In this document: positions 8,905 to 17,658 of the stretch, piece by piece
How the letters are laid out: each line of letters begins with the position of its first letter
Position numbering within the stretch: position 1 is the stretch's first letter
NCBI GenBank assembly: GCA_044356455.1
Contig: JBIKWF010000059.1
Location: forward strand, 1 to 26,077
DNA from: Bdellovibrionota bacterium
Lineage (GTDB): Bacteria; Bdellovibrionota_C; UBA2361; JBGSMV01
Reading direction: 5' to 3'
Length of the DNA stretch: 26,077 nt
Program-made: the position numbers and the translations under genes
Notes under the pieces: model-generated
What the model saw: only the letters and a program-made list of their open reading frames with translations
Databases searched by the model: none
Told to the model about the DNA's origin: nothing

Positions 8905-8964
8905 CCCTTCGTGTTCTTAGTGTTCTTAGTGGTTGTTTTTACAAACCACTAAGAACACGAAGGG
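8905..8964. repeat. 9-bp-unit palindrome, copy D
   Basis: cccttcgtgttcttagtgttcttagtggtt - gtttttaca - aaccactaagaacacgaaggg; three units left, two right; between convergent genes. Confidence 0.85.
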
Positions 8965-8975
8965 TAAAAAGCATG

Positions 8976-10013
8976 TTACTCGCTAAGCTCTCGTAAAAGC
9001 GCTTCAAACGCTTCACCCCCTGCGGCGCTCTTCCACTCGATATGTGGCCTCTGGTCAGGCAACGCCGCTCGTGCGGCATGAGCAGTGCGTTTAAGCAAAC
9101 AGGTAAAGCCGCCAGCTCCAAATCCCTCAAAGGGGAAGAGCCTATAGCAATGCGCCTCTGTGAGCAGAGAACGATGAGCTGCGAGCGAGGCGACTGCGCA
9201 GCTTTCAAACTCGGGAAACTTCTTCAGGAACCACTCTATGACTCCTTCATTTTCAGCTTTTGAGAAGGTGCACGTGGAATAGAGTAGATGGCCTTCGGGG
9301 GCAACCAGGCGAGCAGCATTAGCAAGTATCCTACGCTGCCGCTTAGAGTTCATCTGCACAGTTGCCGGGTGAAAGCCGCCAGGCGACGACTTGCCCTTCA
9401 AAAGCAGAGACTGCCCCGAGCAGGGGGCATCGACTACGACCACATCAGCAACGGCCCCTAACTCATCAGCGAGGCGCTCCGGATCCCTCCCCAACACTAC
9501 GCAGGGGTCTATGCGGCAGCGCTTAAGATTCGAAATAAGAGCGGTAATTCTTCCATGAACTGCCTCGTTGGCAATAAGTAGCTGAGGGGAAAGAGCCTTC
9601 CATCCAAGAAGCGCCTTGCCGCCCGGAGATGCGCACACATCAATAAGAATTCGTGGCGGCTGCTCGCGCAGCGTGCGAGACACCTCTTGAAGTGGGCTCG
9701 CGCAGAACACGGAAGAAAGATCCAATAGATACCAATCCCCTGCCTGATGGCGCGGGTCCAAGCCAGGGCGCGAATCGGGGTCGGGGAATGAAATCCAGGC
9801 AGGGAGCCAGGGCGGTGATTCACGACCAAGGCCAATTGAAACATCCGCCTCTGAAGCGCCGCGTACATGAAGAACAGAGGAGCGGGCCATGTCGCCAGAG
9901 GATAAGGCGGAGAGAAATCGCTCTTGATCAGTCACCTCAGAAAAAAGAGCGCCCGCCAAACGCAGCATGCTTTGAGAGGGGGGATTATTCTGCGGTTTCG
10001 TATTCATGAACAC
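8976..10013 (-). CDS. RsmB/RsmF (NOL1/NOP2) family RNA m5C methyltransferase
   Basis: DVCASPGGKA, IANE, VVDAPCSG, RQRRIL, LLYSTCTFSKAENEGV; both catalytic Cys motifs are present. Confidence 0.92.
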   Translation of the reverse strand: MFMNTKPQNNPPSQSMLRLAGALFSEVTDQERFLSALSSGDMARSSVLHVRGASEADVSIGLGRESPPWLPAWISFPDPDSRPGLDPRHQAGDWYLLDLSSVFCASPLQEVSRTLREQPPRILIDVCASPGGKALLGWKALSPQLLIANEAVHGRITALISNLKRCRIDPCVVLGRDPERLADELGAVADVVVVDAPCSGQSLLLKGKSSPGGFHPATVQMNSKRQRRILANAARLVAPEGHLLYSTCTFSKAENEGVIEWFLKKFPEFESCAVASLAAHRSLLTEAHCYRLFPFEGFGAGGFTCLLKRTAHAARAALPDQRPHIEWKSAAGGEAFEALLRELSE

Positions 10014-10187
10014 TTACTTAGTAGAGCGCCGTACGTAATCACATTCAGGGCTTCAAACGCAATCATAGCGAGCCGCTAACTCAGTAGTTCCAGTGAGTTA
10101 GCGGATATGGAGCAACTTACTTCCTTACGCTGATAGGAGAGCACAGTGGGGTCTTCCCCTTGCATGAATGAACTACGAGGTTCTCCT

Positions 10188-10994
10188 ATGACAGCGCCAC
10201 TTCCCCCTCTTCCCCCAAAACAGCAGGGCAGTTCGGCTGAAAAAATTGTCTTGATCACCGTTATCGTGGTCTGGGTAGCAACGGGCTTAGCGGGGCTTGG
10301 CCTTCTTGCGAGCTCCGTTCTCGCGAGTGGCGAAGGCGAAGATCGGAGGGCAGCGGTTCCCACTAAGTCTGTAACAGTTGCATCGGAAGAGACGGTCCCA
10401 CCCGAGGCAATTGTTCCACCAGTAGAAACAGCCCAGCCTGAGGAAACTATTAAACCAAAAGAGACACGCGAAGCATCCAATGATTCCGATTCCATCTCGC
10501 CTCCGGAAGACGAGCCCAAGGAAATGGTAGTACGTCCCCTCGAGGTACTACCTCCTATCTCCCCTGAAAACACGGGTGCTACTCCGATAGCAAAGATCGC
10601 ACCGGCGGACACCACAAGTTCGCGAACATTACCTTCTGAGACTACCGTGGCCCTCAATATTGCAACGCCCCCAGCACCGACGCCTGCCCCTCAAACTCTG
10701 GACCAAGCATCGGTCTGCACACTCTCTGAACAAGCATGTATTGACCTGTGCCCGGATGGTTCGGTTTTTGATGATGGGATGGATATTGGCGGAACTGAAG
10801 AGTGGGAAGTTTGTGAACAAGCCTGCCGCTTTGGCAGAATTCGCTGCATCAAAGGAATTGAAGAAGACCCCTGCGGCCATTTTCATGGAGCCTGCCGCTA
10901 TCACTGCTATGAAGAGTCTTATACTGAAGACTGCGAGGATTCTTGCGATGAGGGCCGTGATACGTGCGCCGCAATCCTTGGGCACAAGAAATGA
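10188..10994 (+). CDS. Membrane-anchored protein with Pro/Glu/Thr-rich linker and 12-Cys C-terminal domain
   Basis: One N-terminal TM segment, low-complexity linker, two Cx6Cx3C-xn-Cx3Cx6C repeats; GAGGT RBS before ATG 10188 (ORF track start 10146). Confidence 0.75.
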   Translation: MTAPLPPLPPKQQGSSAEKIVLITVIVVWVATGLAGLGLLASSVLASGEGEDRRAAVPTKSVTVASEETVPPEAIVPPVETAQPEETIKPKETREASNDSDSISPPEDEPKEMVVRPLEVLPPISPENTGATPIAKIAPADTTSSRTLPSETTVALNIATPPAPTPAPQTLDQASVCTLSEQACIDLCPDGSVFDDGMDIGGTEEWEVCEQACRFGRIRCIKGIEEDPCGHFHGACRYHCYEESYTEDCEDSCDEGRDTCAAILGHKK

Positions 10995-11032
10995 AGAAGC
11001 TGACTTAGCCTGATCATCTCAAAGCACACGAG

Positions 11033-11051
11033 GGAACCTCTGAAAATCTAG
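11033..11051 (+). repeat. Solo MITE-family terminal repeat
   Basis: GGAACCTCTGAAAATCTAG, nearly identical to 327-346; abuts the helicase stop codon. Confidence 0.7.
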
Positions 11052-13298
11052 CTAACGGCGTCCCCCTGCTCCGCGAAAGGGCTGAGCGGTCATGCGCGGA
11101 GAGCGGCCGCGTCCTTCGGCAATGTGGCTAGGATCAAACGTTTCTTGCTCACGAACAGACACCTCGCGCAGTAATGAGCTGCGCCCTTTCACCCATTCAG
11201 GCGCATGGGAGTCGTGCCACTTGGGATCAATCGCGGTCGCTAGGGTAAGGAGTGGAACTATCTCGGTGTCGGTTGTCATATCTCCTCCGATACCAATGTT
11301 GATAGTTTTACCCACGAGCCATGGACGCTCTTTCACTACGGAGTCTTTTGAAAGGGTGCGGGTCTGGTCCCCATCAGTGTACCCATCAGTCACTCTCCTG
11401 TGAAGTTTATCTACCATCCCGGCCCAAATGCTTTCCAACGCAACCTTACGGTGCTCCCCTGAGAAATCATTCAGTTCAGGACTCTCGCCCGGCTCTACCT
11501 TGAGCCGCCGCAGTAGCATAGCTTCAACTTCGCGCGCCCGATTGAAGTCCCGAAGTTTGATGCCAGAATGTTCAAAGTCATATTCTGAGAGGCCATGCGC
11601 CGCTCTAAAGGCAGCTAATTGGGCAAAGAGATCGGAGTCACACTCAGAAGGACAAAACTTACGCCATGCTTGAGAGCCAAGAACGGTAATTCCATTTACC
11701 TGAGAAATAGCCGCAATCGAGATCATGTGGCGCAAAATGCCAGGGACCTCATCTTCATACAGAGACGCATGAATCAAGGTCGCCGCCGTATGCGTATCAA
11801 GAGGCAAGGATGCCACGGCTCTTCCGAGTGGGGTAACTATGAGACTTGGACTTCTAAGCCCAAGCGCCTTATGTTTTCGACGAGCTTCTTTAATGCTTTC
11901 TCGTGGTGGCTGATGGAAGAAGGTCAGCGCTTCCATATTGATACCAGCGCATGCAAAGCGCAGGTCAGTTTGGTCAAGGGGGAGCCGCTGAATTTCAGGG
12001 GTAGGATACGCTGCGAGAGCTGACCGCGGCACCTCTCCGTGCCAAATATAGATCCCCTCCCTTGTTCTGCCCGCTCTTCCTCTCCGCTGATTCGAGCACG
12101 CAAGGGAAATAAGATGAATATCGAGCGTCTCCACCCCATCCACTACTTCGATGCGTCTTTCCAGCCCTGAGTCGATTACTGCGTCAATATCGTCAATGGT
12201 CACACTTGTCTGTGCCACATTAGTGCACACCACAATTTTAGGTCTGTCATAGTGCCTAAAGGCGAGCTCTTGTTCAGAGGGAGGGAGCTGCCCGTGCAGT
12301 GGTACAATTTCAGCGTCGACCCCGGCATCCTCAAGAGCCGCAATCGTCATCTGAATTTCTCTTTTTCCAGGAACAAAAATAAGCGTATTCCTGCCTTCAC
12401 GAGCGAGCGCAGCCGCATCATCAATAATAGAATTTCCAGCCTCTCTGTCCTCTATCGGGAAAACGCGCCCGGGTATGTTAATTATGGGAGCTCCACCGAG
12501 GTACTTCGACAAACGCTCCGCCTCAAGCGTGGCAGACATGATGACTAACTTAAACGGCTTGCCCTCACTTTGCGCCTTTACTGCCCATGCAAGCAGGGCC
12601 TCCTGGTGCTTATTCCACTCATGGAGTTCATCGAGCACAAGAACGTGGCGCTCATGATCTGGGTCAACAAGGCTCTTCACGAGCTCATACCCATCGGTGA
12701 CGAATCTTATTCTCGTCTTTGGTCCTTCAATACGATCAAACGCGTGGCAGAACCCGACGGTTTCCCCAAGAGGCTCGCCAAATAACCAAGCAAGATAGGA
12801 AGCACAGGCACTGGAAGGAAGCCGCCGCGGCTGCGTCGAGGTTACGTCATACCCCGCTTCATGCAAAATTCGTGTTCCCTCTGTGGTCTTACCTGAACCT
12901 GTCTCAGCAACAATAATCACCGCAGGATGCATCGCCACCGCCTGCAGAATCTGATCTTTGAACTTTGTTACCGGTAAATCTGTCCGAAAGTCGGGAAGCA
13001 ATACGGGCCTTGGAGCGTAAGAGGCCGCCGCAGGGTCCCCATCCTCAAGCATGAATCTTACGAGAAGCTCGTTAGGATCATCTCCCGTAGAAGCACCAGG
13101 CCTACTACTTGTAACCGGCGGGGCAACAAGCTGGTCATACCCAGCAGAACCAGACACCTCTCGCATTGAAATTGAGGCTGTAAGGCGGGGAGAGCCCGCA
13201 TCTCCGGGGAGATCAGCTGGACGGCGGCCAGAATTAGAGCCCAGAGAGAACTGGAATGAATCACGAGGGGAAGGAGAAACTGCCACTAAACCCCACAA
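11052..13298 (-). CDS. DEAH/RHA-family (HrpA/HrpB-like) ATP-dependent helicase
   Basis: AETGSGKTT, TQPRR, FVTDG, VLDELHE, MSAT, LIFVPG..EI, PLHGQL, TNVAQTSVTI, VIDSG, QRRGRAGR, PEIQR; true start probably inside the first ~80 codons. Confidence 0.92.
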   Translation of the reverse strand: MWGLVAVSPSPRDSFQFSLGSNSGRRPADLPGDAGSPRLTASISMREVSGSAGYDQLVAPPVTSSRPGASTGDDPNELLVRFMLEDGDPAAASYAPRPVLLPDFRTDLPVTKFKDQILQAVAMHPAVIIVAETGSGKTTEGTRILHEAGYDVTSTQPRRLPSSACASYLAWLFGEPLGETVGFCHAFDRIEGPKTRIRFVTDGYELVKSLVDPDHERHVLVLDELHEWNKHQEALLAWAVKAQSEGKPFKLVIMSATLEAERLSKYLGGAPIINIPGRVFPIEDREAGNSIIDDAAALAREGRNTLIFVPGKREIQMTIAALEDAGVDAEIVPLHGQLPPSEQELAFRHYDRPKIVVCTNVAQTSVTIDDIDAVIDSGLERRIEVVDGVETLDIHLISLACSNQRRGRAGRTREGIYIWHGEVPRSALAAYPTPEIQRLPLDQTDLRFACAGINMEALTFFHQPPRESIKEARRKHKALGLRSPSLIVTPLGRAVASLPLDTHTAATLIHASLYEDEVPGILRHMISIAAISQVNGITVLGSQAWRKFCPSECDSDLFAQLAAFRAAHGLSEYDFEHSGIKLRDFNRAREVEAMLLRRLKVEPGESPELNDFSGEHRKVALESIWAGMVDKLHRRVTDGYTDGDQTRTLSKDSVVKERPWLVGKTINIGIGGDMTTDTEIVPLLTLATAIDPKWHDSHAPEWVKGRSSLLREVSVREQETFDPSHIAEGRGRSPRMTAQPFRGAGGRR

Positions 13299-13384
13299 TT
13301 AAAGTACTTCTAAAGAAACACAGAAGCACACCCCTTAAGGAATCATACCAATTACCTTAGTTTAACCAAGTGAAAATAATTAGC

Positions 13385-13927
13385 TTACGAGAAAAAAAGT
13401 CGTAGACTTTTTAGTTGAGATGTAGAAAGCCCTAGCCTAAGTTTATCTACTTCTAATGCCTTTCCAGGATCCACTTTACGACCTGGCGCAATCACATCAT
13501 GCCCAACCAAGTTGCGAAGCGGAAAAAGTTTTCCAAGTACCCTCAAGAGCTTTCCTAACGCCGCGTACTGACTATCCGTAAACTTTCCCGTCGGAGAGCC
13601 GAGCAATTCAATGCCGATGCTAAAATGGTTTACGTTCTCCCGGCTATCGTCCGGGAACGGCATACGACTGACACCGGCATGCCAGGCGCGTTTCTCCGGC
13701 TCTACAAGCTGAGCAGTCTTCCCACGTCGTGAGATGAGAAAGTGCGCAGAAACTCGCGCCTCATCAAGCGCAGCGATACACTCGTGAAGCGCAAAGGGGC
13801 TTTTTGCATGGGAAACATACATGCAGTGCAGCACCACGGTATCAATCTCGCAGCCTTTCGGCCGCTCATCAAAATGAGGCGAGGGACTCTTTTGTATGGT
13901 AAAAACCTTAGATGAAGCACCCTTCAC
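13385..13927 (-). CDS. ampD: 1,6-anhydro-N-acetylmuramyl-L-alanine amidase AmpD family (Amidase_2)
   Basis: SPHFDERP, VVLH, VSAHFLI, RAWHAGVS, NHFSIGIEL, FTDSQY, GHDVIAPGRKVDPG. Confidence 0.92.
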   Translation of the reverse strand: MKGASSKVFTIQKSPSPHFDERPKGCEIDTVVLHCMYVSHAKSPFALHECIAALDEARVSAHFLISRRGKTAQLVEPEKRAWHAGVSRMPFPDDSRENVNHFSIGIELLGSPTGKFTDSQYAALGKLLRVLGKLFPLRNLVGHDVIAPGRKVDPGKALEVDKLRLGLSTSQLKSLRLFFS

Positions 13928-13957
13928 AGGGACGTCTCCTTAGGGGCATGACAAGTT

Positions 13958-14377
13958 ATGATGCGCACTCTTTCTATCTCAACGGCAGGCCAAGGGCTTT
14001 ATGAAATCACCTCTGAAGTCGCCAAAGTTCTTGCAGAATCTAATATAGAGCAAGGCCTCTGCACCATCTTCATTCAGCATACCTCTGCGAGTCTTCTCAT
14101 CCAAGAAAACGCAGATCCTTCAGCCCGCCAGGACCTTGAACGCTGGCTCAAGCGCCTCGTGCCCGAGCGAGATCCGCACTTCACCCACACCGCAGAGGGC
14201 CCCGATGACATGCCAGCTCATATTAAGGCTGCCCTGACACCAACTTCAATTGGCATACCTGTCAGCGGAAACGAACTTATGCTCGGGACCTGGCAAGGGA
14301 TTTATCTGTGGGAGCATCGCGCCCTCCCTCATCGCAGAAAGGTTGTGGTCTCTGTTCTTGGAGAAGGGGACTCTTAG
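13958..14377 (+). CDS. yjbQ: YjbQ/UPF0047 family protein
   Basis: HTSASLLIQENADP, HTAEGPDDMPAHIK, LGTWQGIYLWEHR. Confidence 0.95.
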   Translation: MMRTLSISTAGQGLYEITSEVAKVLAESNIEQGLCTIFIQHTSASLLIQENADPSARQDLERWLKRLVPERDPHFTHTAEGPDDMPAHIKAALTPTSIGIPVSGNELMLGTWQGIYLWEHRALPHRRKVVVSVLGEGDS

Positions 14378-14394
14378 GGAAACTCTGAAAAACC
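14378..14394 (+). repeat. Solo MITE-family terminal repeat at the yjbQ stop codon
   Basis: TTAG(14374-14377, includes the TAG stop)-GGAAACTCTGAAAAACC. Confidence 0.75.
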
Positions 14395-14408
14395 ACCCCC
14401 GGGTATGC

Positions 14409-15005
14409 TTACTTTTCAAGCACCTGATTACCAAGGCGCACCTCACGGGCAATGCGAAGAACCTCACCTACGAGCTCGCTCGAGGGCATGGGTTTTTTTA
14501 AATATCCGTCCATGCCGCTACTAAGACAGAGCTGCTTGTAGCCGGCGATATGATGCCCCGTATAGGCAACAATATGAACATGCCCACCAGTGTTGCCTTC
14601 TAGTTCACGAATCTTCCGCGCAACTTCAAATCCATCCATGCCTGGCATTTGGCAATCTAAGACAATTACGTCGAAATCTTCTTCTGAGAAGTAGCGCACC
14701 GCCTCTGCACCCGTCTTAACAGTGGTCACATCCACGCCAGCCTTCGACAAACTTCGGCCAATAAACAGACGCTGCATTTCGTCATCATCTACCACAAGCA
14801 CACGAACTCGAGTTCCTTCGGATACTACGGGAGCAGCAGCGCCGGAAGATGACACGCCAATACTTCGCCTGATGTCGCCAAGTTGTTTCCGAATGACTTC
14901 ACTATAACCTTGCTGCTCAACACTAAGTCCTGTCTCCTCAAGCAAGGCAAGCATGCCCTCGCAGGCTTCAAGCTGCGCAATCATTTTTTCAAGTTTTTGA
15001 AGCAT
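14409..15005 (-). CDS. Response regulator receiver protein with truncated HisKA-like N-terminus
   Basis: VLVVDDD, IVLDCQMPGMDGFE, IVAYTG, GMDGYLKKP; GGAGG RBS. Confidence 0.88.
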   Translation of the reverse strand: MLQKLEKMIAQLEACEGMLALLEETGLSVEQQGYSEVIRKQLGDIRRSIGVSSSGAAAPVVSEGTRVRVLVVDDDEMQRLFIGRSLSKAGVDVTTVKTGAEAVRYFSEEDFDVIVLDCQMPGMDGFEVARKIRELEGNTGGHVHIVAYTGHHIAGYKQLCLSSGMDGYLKKPMPSSELVGEVLRIAREVRLGNQVLEK

Positions 15006-15252
15006 CTTGTCGCCTCCCCATGAACTACGCGTCCACTACCACTATGGTCGGCCAGCTAAAGATTCAACTGAAGAGAAAAGGCACAGGACAGAGGGAGGAA
15101 ACACTCTAAATTCAACAACTTATCGACAGTAGCAGGTAAAAGGCACGCGCTTGCAATCAACTTCCTACCTAAGGAGCCTCCGAAAAAGTCCCCTTGCCGG
15201 CACAAAACTCGCTCATCCAACGGAAATCTAAACAAATCCCTGTGAGCCACAT

Positions 15253-15279
15253 AGGTAGGGCGCCCTGTCCCCAGGAGGC
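15253..15279 (+). repeat. GTAG-type REP-like sequence (degenerate copy)
   Basis: aggtagggcgccctgtcc is identical over 18 bp to 16865-16882. Confidence 0.7.
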
Positions 15280-15282
15280 AAT

Positions 15283-15344
15283 GTCACCTCGAGGCAGGGT
15301 CACCTCGAGGCAGGGTCACCTCGAGGCAGGGTCACCACGAGACA
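15283..15344 (+). repeat. 16-bp tandem repeat (3 perfect + 1 degenerate)
   Basis: (gtcacctcgaggcagg)x3 followed by gtcaccacgagaca; no spacers. Confidence 0.95.
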
Positions 15345-15432
15345 ATTTGGAAGATCCTGCAGCACACGGTGAGACTTGTCTCACAGAACAAGTCGCTTGA
15401 ACGGCAGAGCGCATTTTAAAGAGGATCCCTAA

Positions 15433-16752
15433 CTACTCACTCGCAAAGGCGGAACGGGCCCAAGACGAGAGGTCCTCCACGACCGCTTGATTCTTAGTCC
15501 GCAAATCTTTCACCTCAAGCTTTTTGCCATCCTCACTAACAAAGAGCACATACGGAATCCCCTTTCCTGCGGCAAAGTCGATTTGCTTCCCAAGCTTCGG
15601 ACTCTTGAAGAAAACCTCCACCGCGATACCTGAGTTCCTTAGGTCCTCCGCAAGTTCATTACATCGTGGGCGCTGCTCTTCAGAAAGAACAGTGACAAGC
15701 ACCTGCGCGCGAGTGCGCTGCTCAGTGCTTACAAGATTATTAGTAAAGGCGAGCTCCATAAGCCGCGTCAGTCCAATAGATCCACCGACGCCGGGGAGCT
15801 TTTGACTTGTAAACTGAGAAGCAAGATTCTCATAACGACCGCCACTTGAGACCGAGCCGAACTCCGGGAAATCGGTCATAAGAGTCTCGAAGATAATCCC
15901 GGTATAGTAATCGAGACCTCGCGCAAGACTTAGGTCTACCCTCAAATACTCATGGAACGGCTGAGGAATGAGTGAGAAGATCTCTCTTAGCTCCTCGGCC
16001 CCCGCTTCGAACATTGCATCCTTAATTCCAAGCGCATTCACGGTGGTGAGAAGATCTCTTGGACTGCACTGCACTGCGGTGAGGTCAATAATCTTAGCTG
16101 CCGTTTCTCCCGAAACCCCAGCGCTTGCCCCAAGTTCCTTCATGACTCCGTCTTTTCCAATCTTGTGGAGTTTATCGACGGCGATGATGGCAGCCTTGCG
16201 CTCAGCTTCCCCTAAGCCAAGTGCACTGTAACAACCATGAAGCAACTTGCGGTTGTTCACGCTCATCCGAAAAGGACCAAGCGCTATTGTCTTAAAAGCC
16301 TTTAGCAGAACATGCAAAATCTCTGCATCACAGCTCACGGGAAGCTCGTCACGAGCAATAGTATCAATGTCGAATTGATAGAACTCGCGAAACCGCCCCT
16401 TCTGAGGTCTCTCCCCTCGCCATACCTTTTGCATTTGGTAGCGCTTAAAAGGGAAGCTCAGCTTTGACATATGCTGAGCCACATAGCGCGCAAAAGGCAC
16501 CGTTAAATCAAAGTGTAGTCCAAGCGCCGACTCTTCCTCGTCTTCTGCATGGAAGCGTTTTACCGAGTATATCTCACGCTCTACGACCCCTTTTGAAGAG
16601 AGCGTTTCGATGAGCTCAACTGCCGGTGTCTCAATGGGAATAAAACCGTGGCTCGCATAGACCGAAGCAATGGTCTTAATGATGCGCTCTTCAGCGAGCT
16701 TTTGCTCGGGCAACCACTCAGGGAAGCCTGAAATAGGGGTAAGTTTGGCCAT
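15433..16752 (-). CDS. hisS: Histidine--tRNA ligase
   Basis: ISGFPEWLP, IETPAVE, FDLTVPFARY, WRGERPQKGRFREFYQFDID, LARGLDYYTG, GGRYENL, GGSIGLTRL. Confidence 0.98.
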   Translation of the reverse strand: MAKLTPISGFPEWLPEQKLAEERIIKTIASVYASHGFIPIETPAVELIETLSSKGVVEREIYSVKRFHAEDEEESALGLHFDLTVPFARYVAQHMSKLSFPFKRYQMQKVWRGERPQKGRFREFYQFDIDTIARDELPVSCDAEILHVLLKAFKTIALGPFRMSVNNRKLLHGCYSALGLGEAERKAAIIAVDKLHKIGKDGVMKELGASAGVSGETAAKIIDLTAVQCSPRDLLTTVNALGIKDAMFEAGAEELREIFSLIPQPFHEYLRVDLSLARGLDYYTGIIFETLMTDFPEFGSVSSGGRYENLASQFTSQKLPGVGGSIGLTRLMELAFTNNLVSTEQRTRAQVLVTVLSEEQRPRCNELAEDLRNSGIAVEVFFKSPKLGKQIDFAAGKGIPYVLFVSEDGKKLEVKDLRTKNQAVVEDLSSWARSAFASE

Positions 16753-16866
16753 AGGATGCTCCTGGTACTAGGTCAAGAAGGGTACCTGAGTGACCAACGC
16801 GGAGCAATCGCCAGGGGGTGAAGTTTGCCGGCCTGCTCCCTCTCTCGCGCCCCTCCCTCCATAAAG

Positions 16867-16892
16867 GTAGGGCGCCCTGTCCTCAGGGCGCC
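16867..16892 (+). repeat. GTAG-type REP-like hairpin
   Basis: GTAG followed by the perfect stem GGCGCCCTG-tcct-CAGGGCGCC. Confidence 0.75.
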
Positions 16893-17034
16893 AAGAAAAA
16901 ATGTCCGAATATTAATCCGCTGAGAAACGCGAAATATGGAGCGCGCTCCCTCCCGTATATGCGGGAGAAAAAGCCCCCTTCCGCGCAAAAAGGTATGGTT
17001 TGAACTCCCTAAGATTCCTAGACTCAAGGAAGCT

Positions 17035-17658
17035 ATGGACGCCCCTCCCACCTACACAGAAGAAGCCAGGCTCAGCGCTCTGCGTGAGACCCTTTCAGCT
17101 CAAGAGAACGCCAGCGCCCAGCTTCCCTCTCTCAAAATGGACACGTCATGGGTTGAGCGAGCCCTTAAAAAGGCCTGGGAGTATCTTGAGCCCTGGGTTC
17201 CCGACTTCTCTCTTAATAAAGATGACTTCTCGTTTCCGGTAGACCTAGAAGGAATCTGGCTCACGGTAAAAGTTCTATTTCTTCTTACCTCGGCAATTCT
17301 CCTGCTGAAACTCTTTCAAGTGCTTTGGTCTCGGCGCAGTCAAAGCAGCCTCGCCGAGAGACCCTCTCGCCCTCTTTCACAAAACAGCCTTGTGTCCCTT
17401 ATAGAATCTGCTTGCCGCGAAGGCCGCTGGACAGAGGCGCTAAGACTTCGCTGGTGCCTTTTTTTGCAGAGGAAGAACTTACGGTCTTCGATTACCCCCC
17501 AAGAATTCGCGCTCAGAGAAAAGCCCATCGCCCAGCTCCCTCAAGTCCTTGCCGGAATGTTTGGCCCCCTCGAGGCCGCGCACGAAAGCCTCTTTCAGGA
17601 CTTTGATAGAAATTGCCATGCGTTTGAGACTTCGCAAGCTCGGGGAGACGCGGCATGA
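17035..17658 (+). CDS. DUF4129-like membrane protein of the MoxR operon
   Basis: One TM segment then ACREGRWTEALRLRW...SITPQEF, resembling DUF4129; position before DUF4350/MoxR/DUF58. Start uncertain (ORF track 16936; AAGGAAG RBS before 17035). Confidence 0.6.
   Translation: MDAPPTYTEEARLSALRETLSAQENASAQLPSLKMDTSWVERALKKAWEYLEPWVPDFSLNKDDFSFPVDLEGIWLTVKVLFLLTSAILLLKLFQVLWSRRSQSSLAERPSRPLSQNSLVSLIESACREGRWTEALRLRWCLFLQRKNLRSSITPQEFALREKPIAQLPQVLAGMFGPLEAAHESLFQDFDRNCHAFETSQARGDAA

Larger units (their letters stand above)
15173..15428. mobile_element. MITE-like element with CTAA target duplication, carrying REP-like and tandem-repeat cargo
   Basis: CTAA(15169-72)-GGAGCCTCCGAAAAA ... TTTTAAAGAGGATCC-CTAA(15429-32); directly abuts the hisS stop codon. 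Confidence 0.65.

Noticed and set aside
15283..15344. CRISPR array from the 16-bp repeats
   Set aside because: The units are contiguous with no spacers, are too short, and no cas genes are present.
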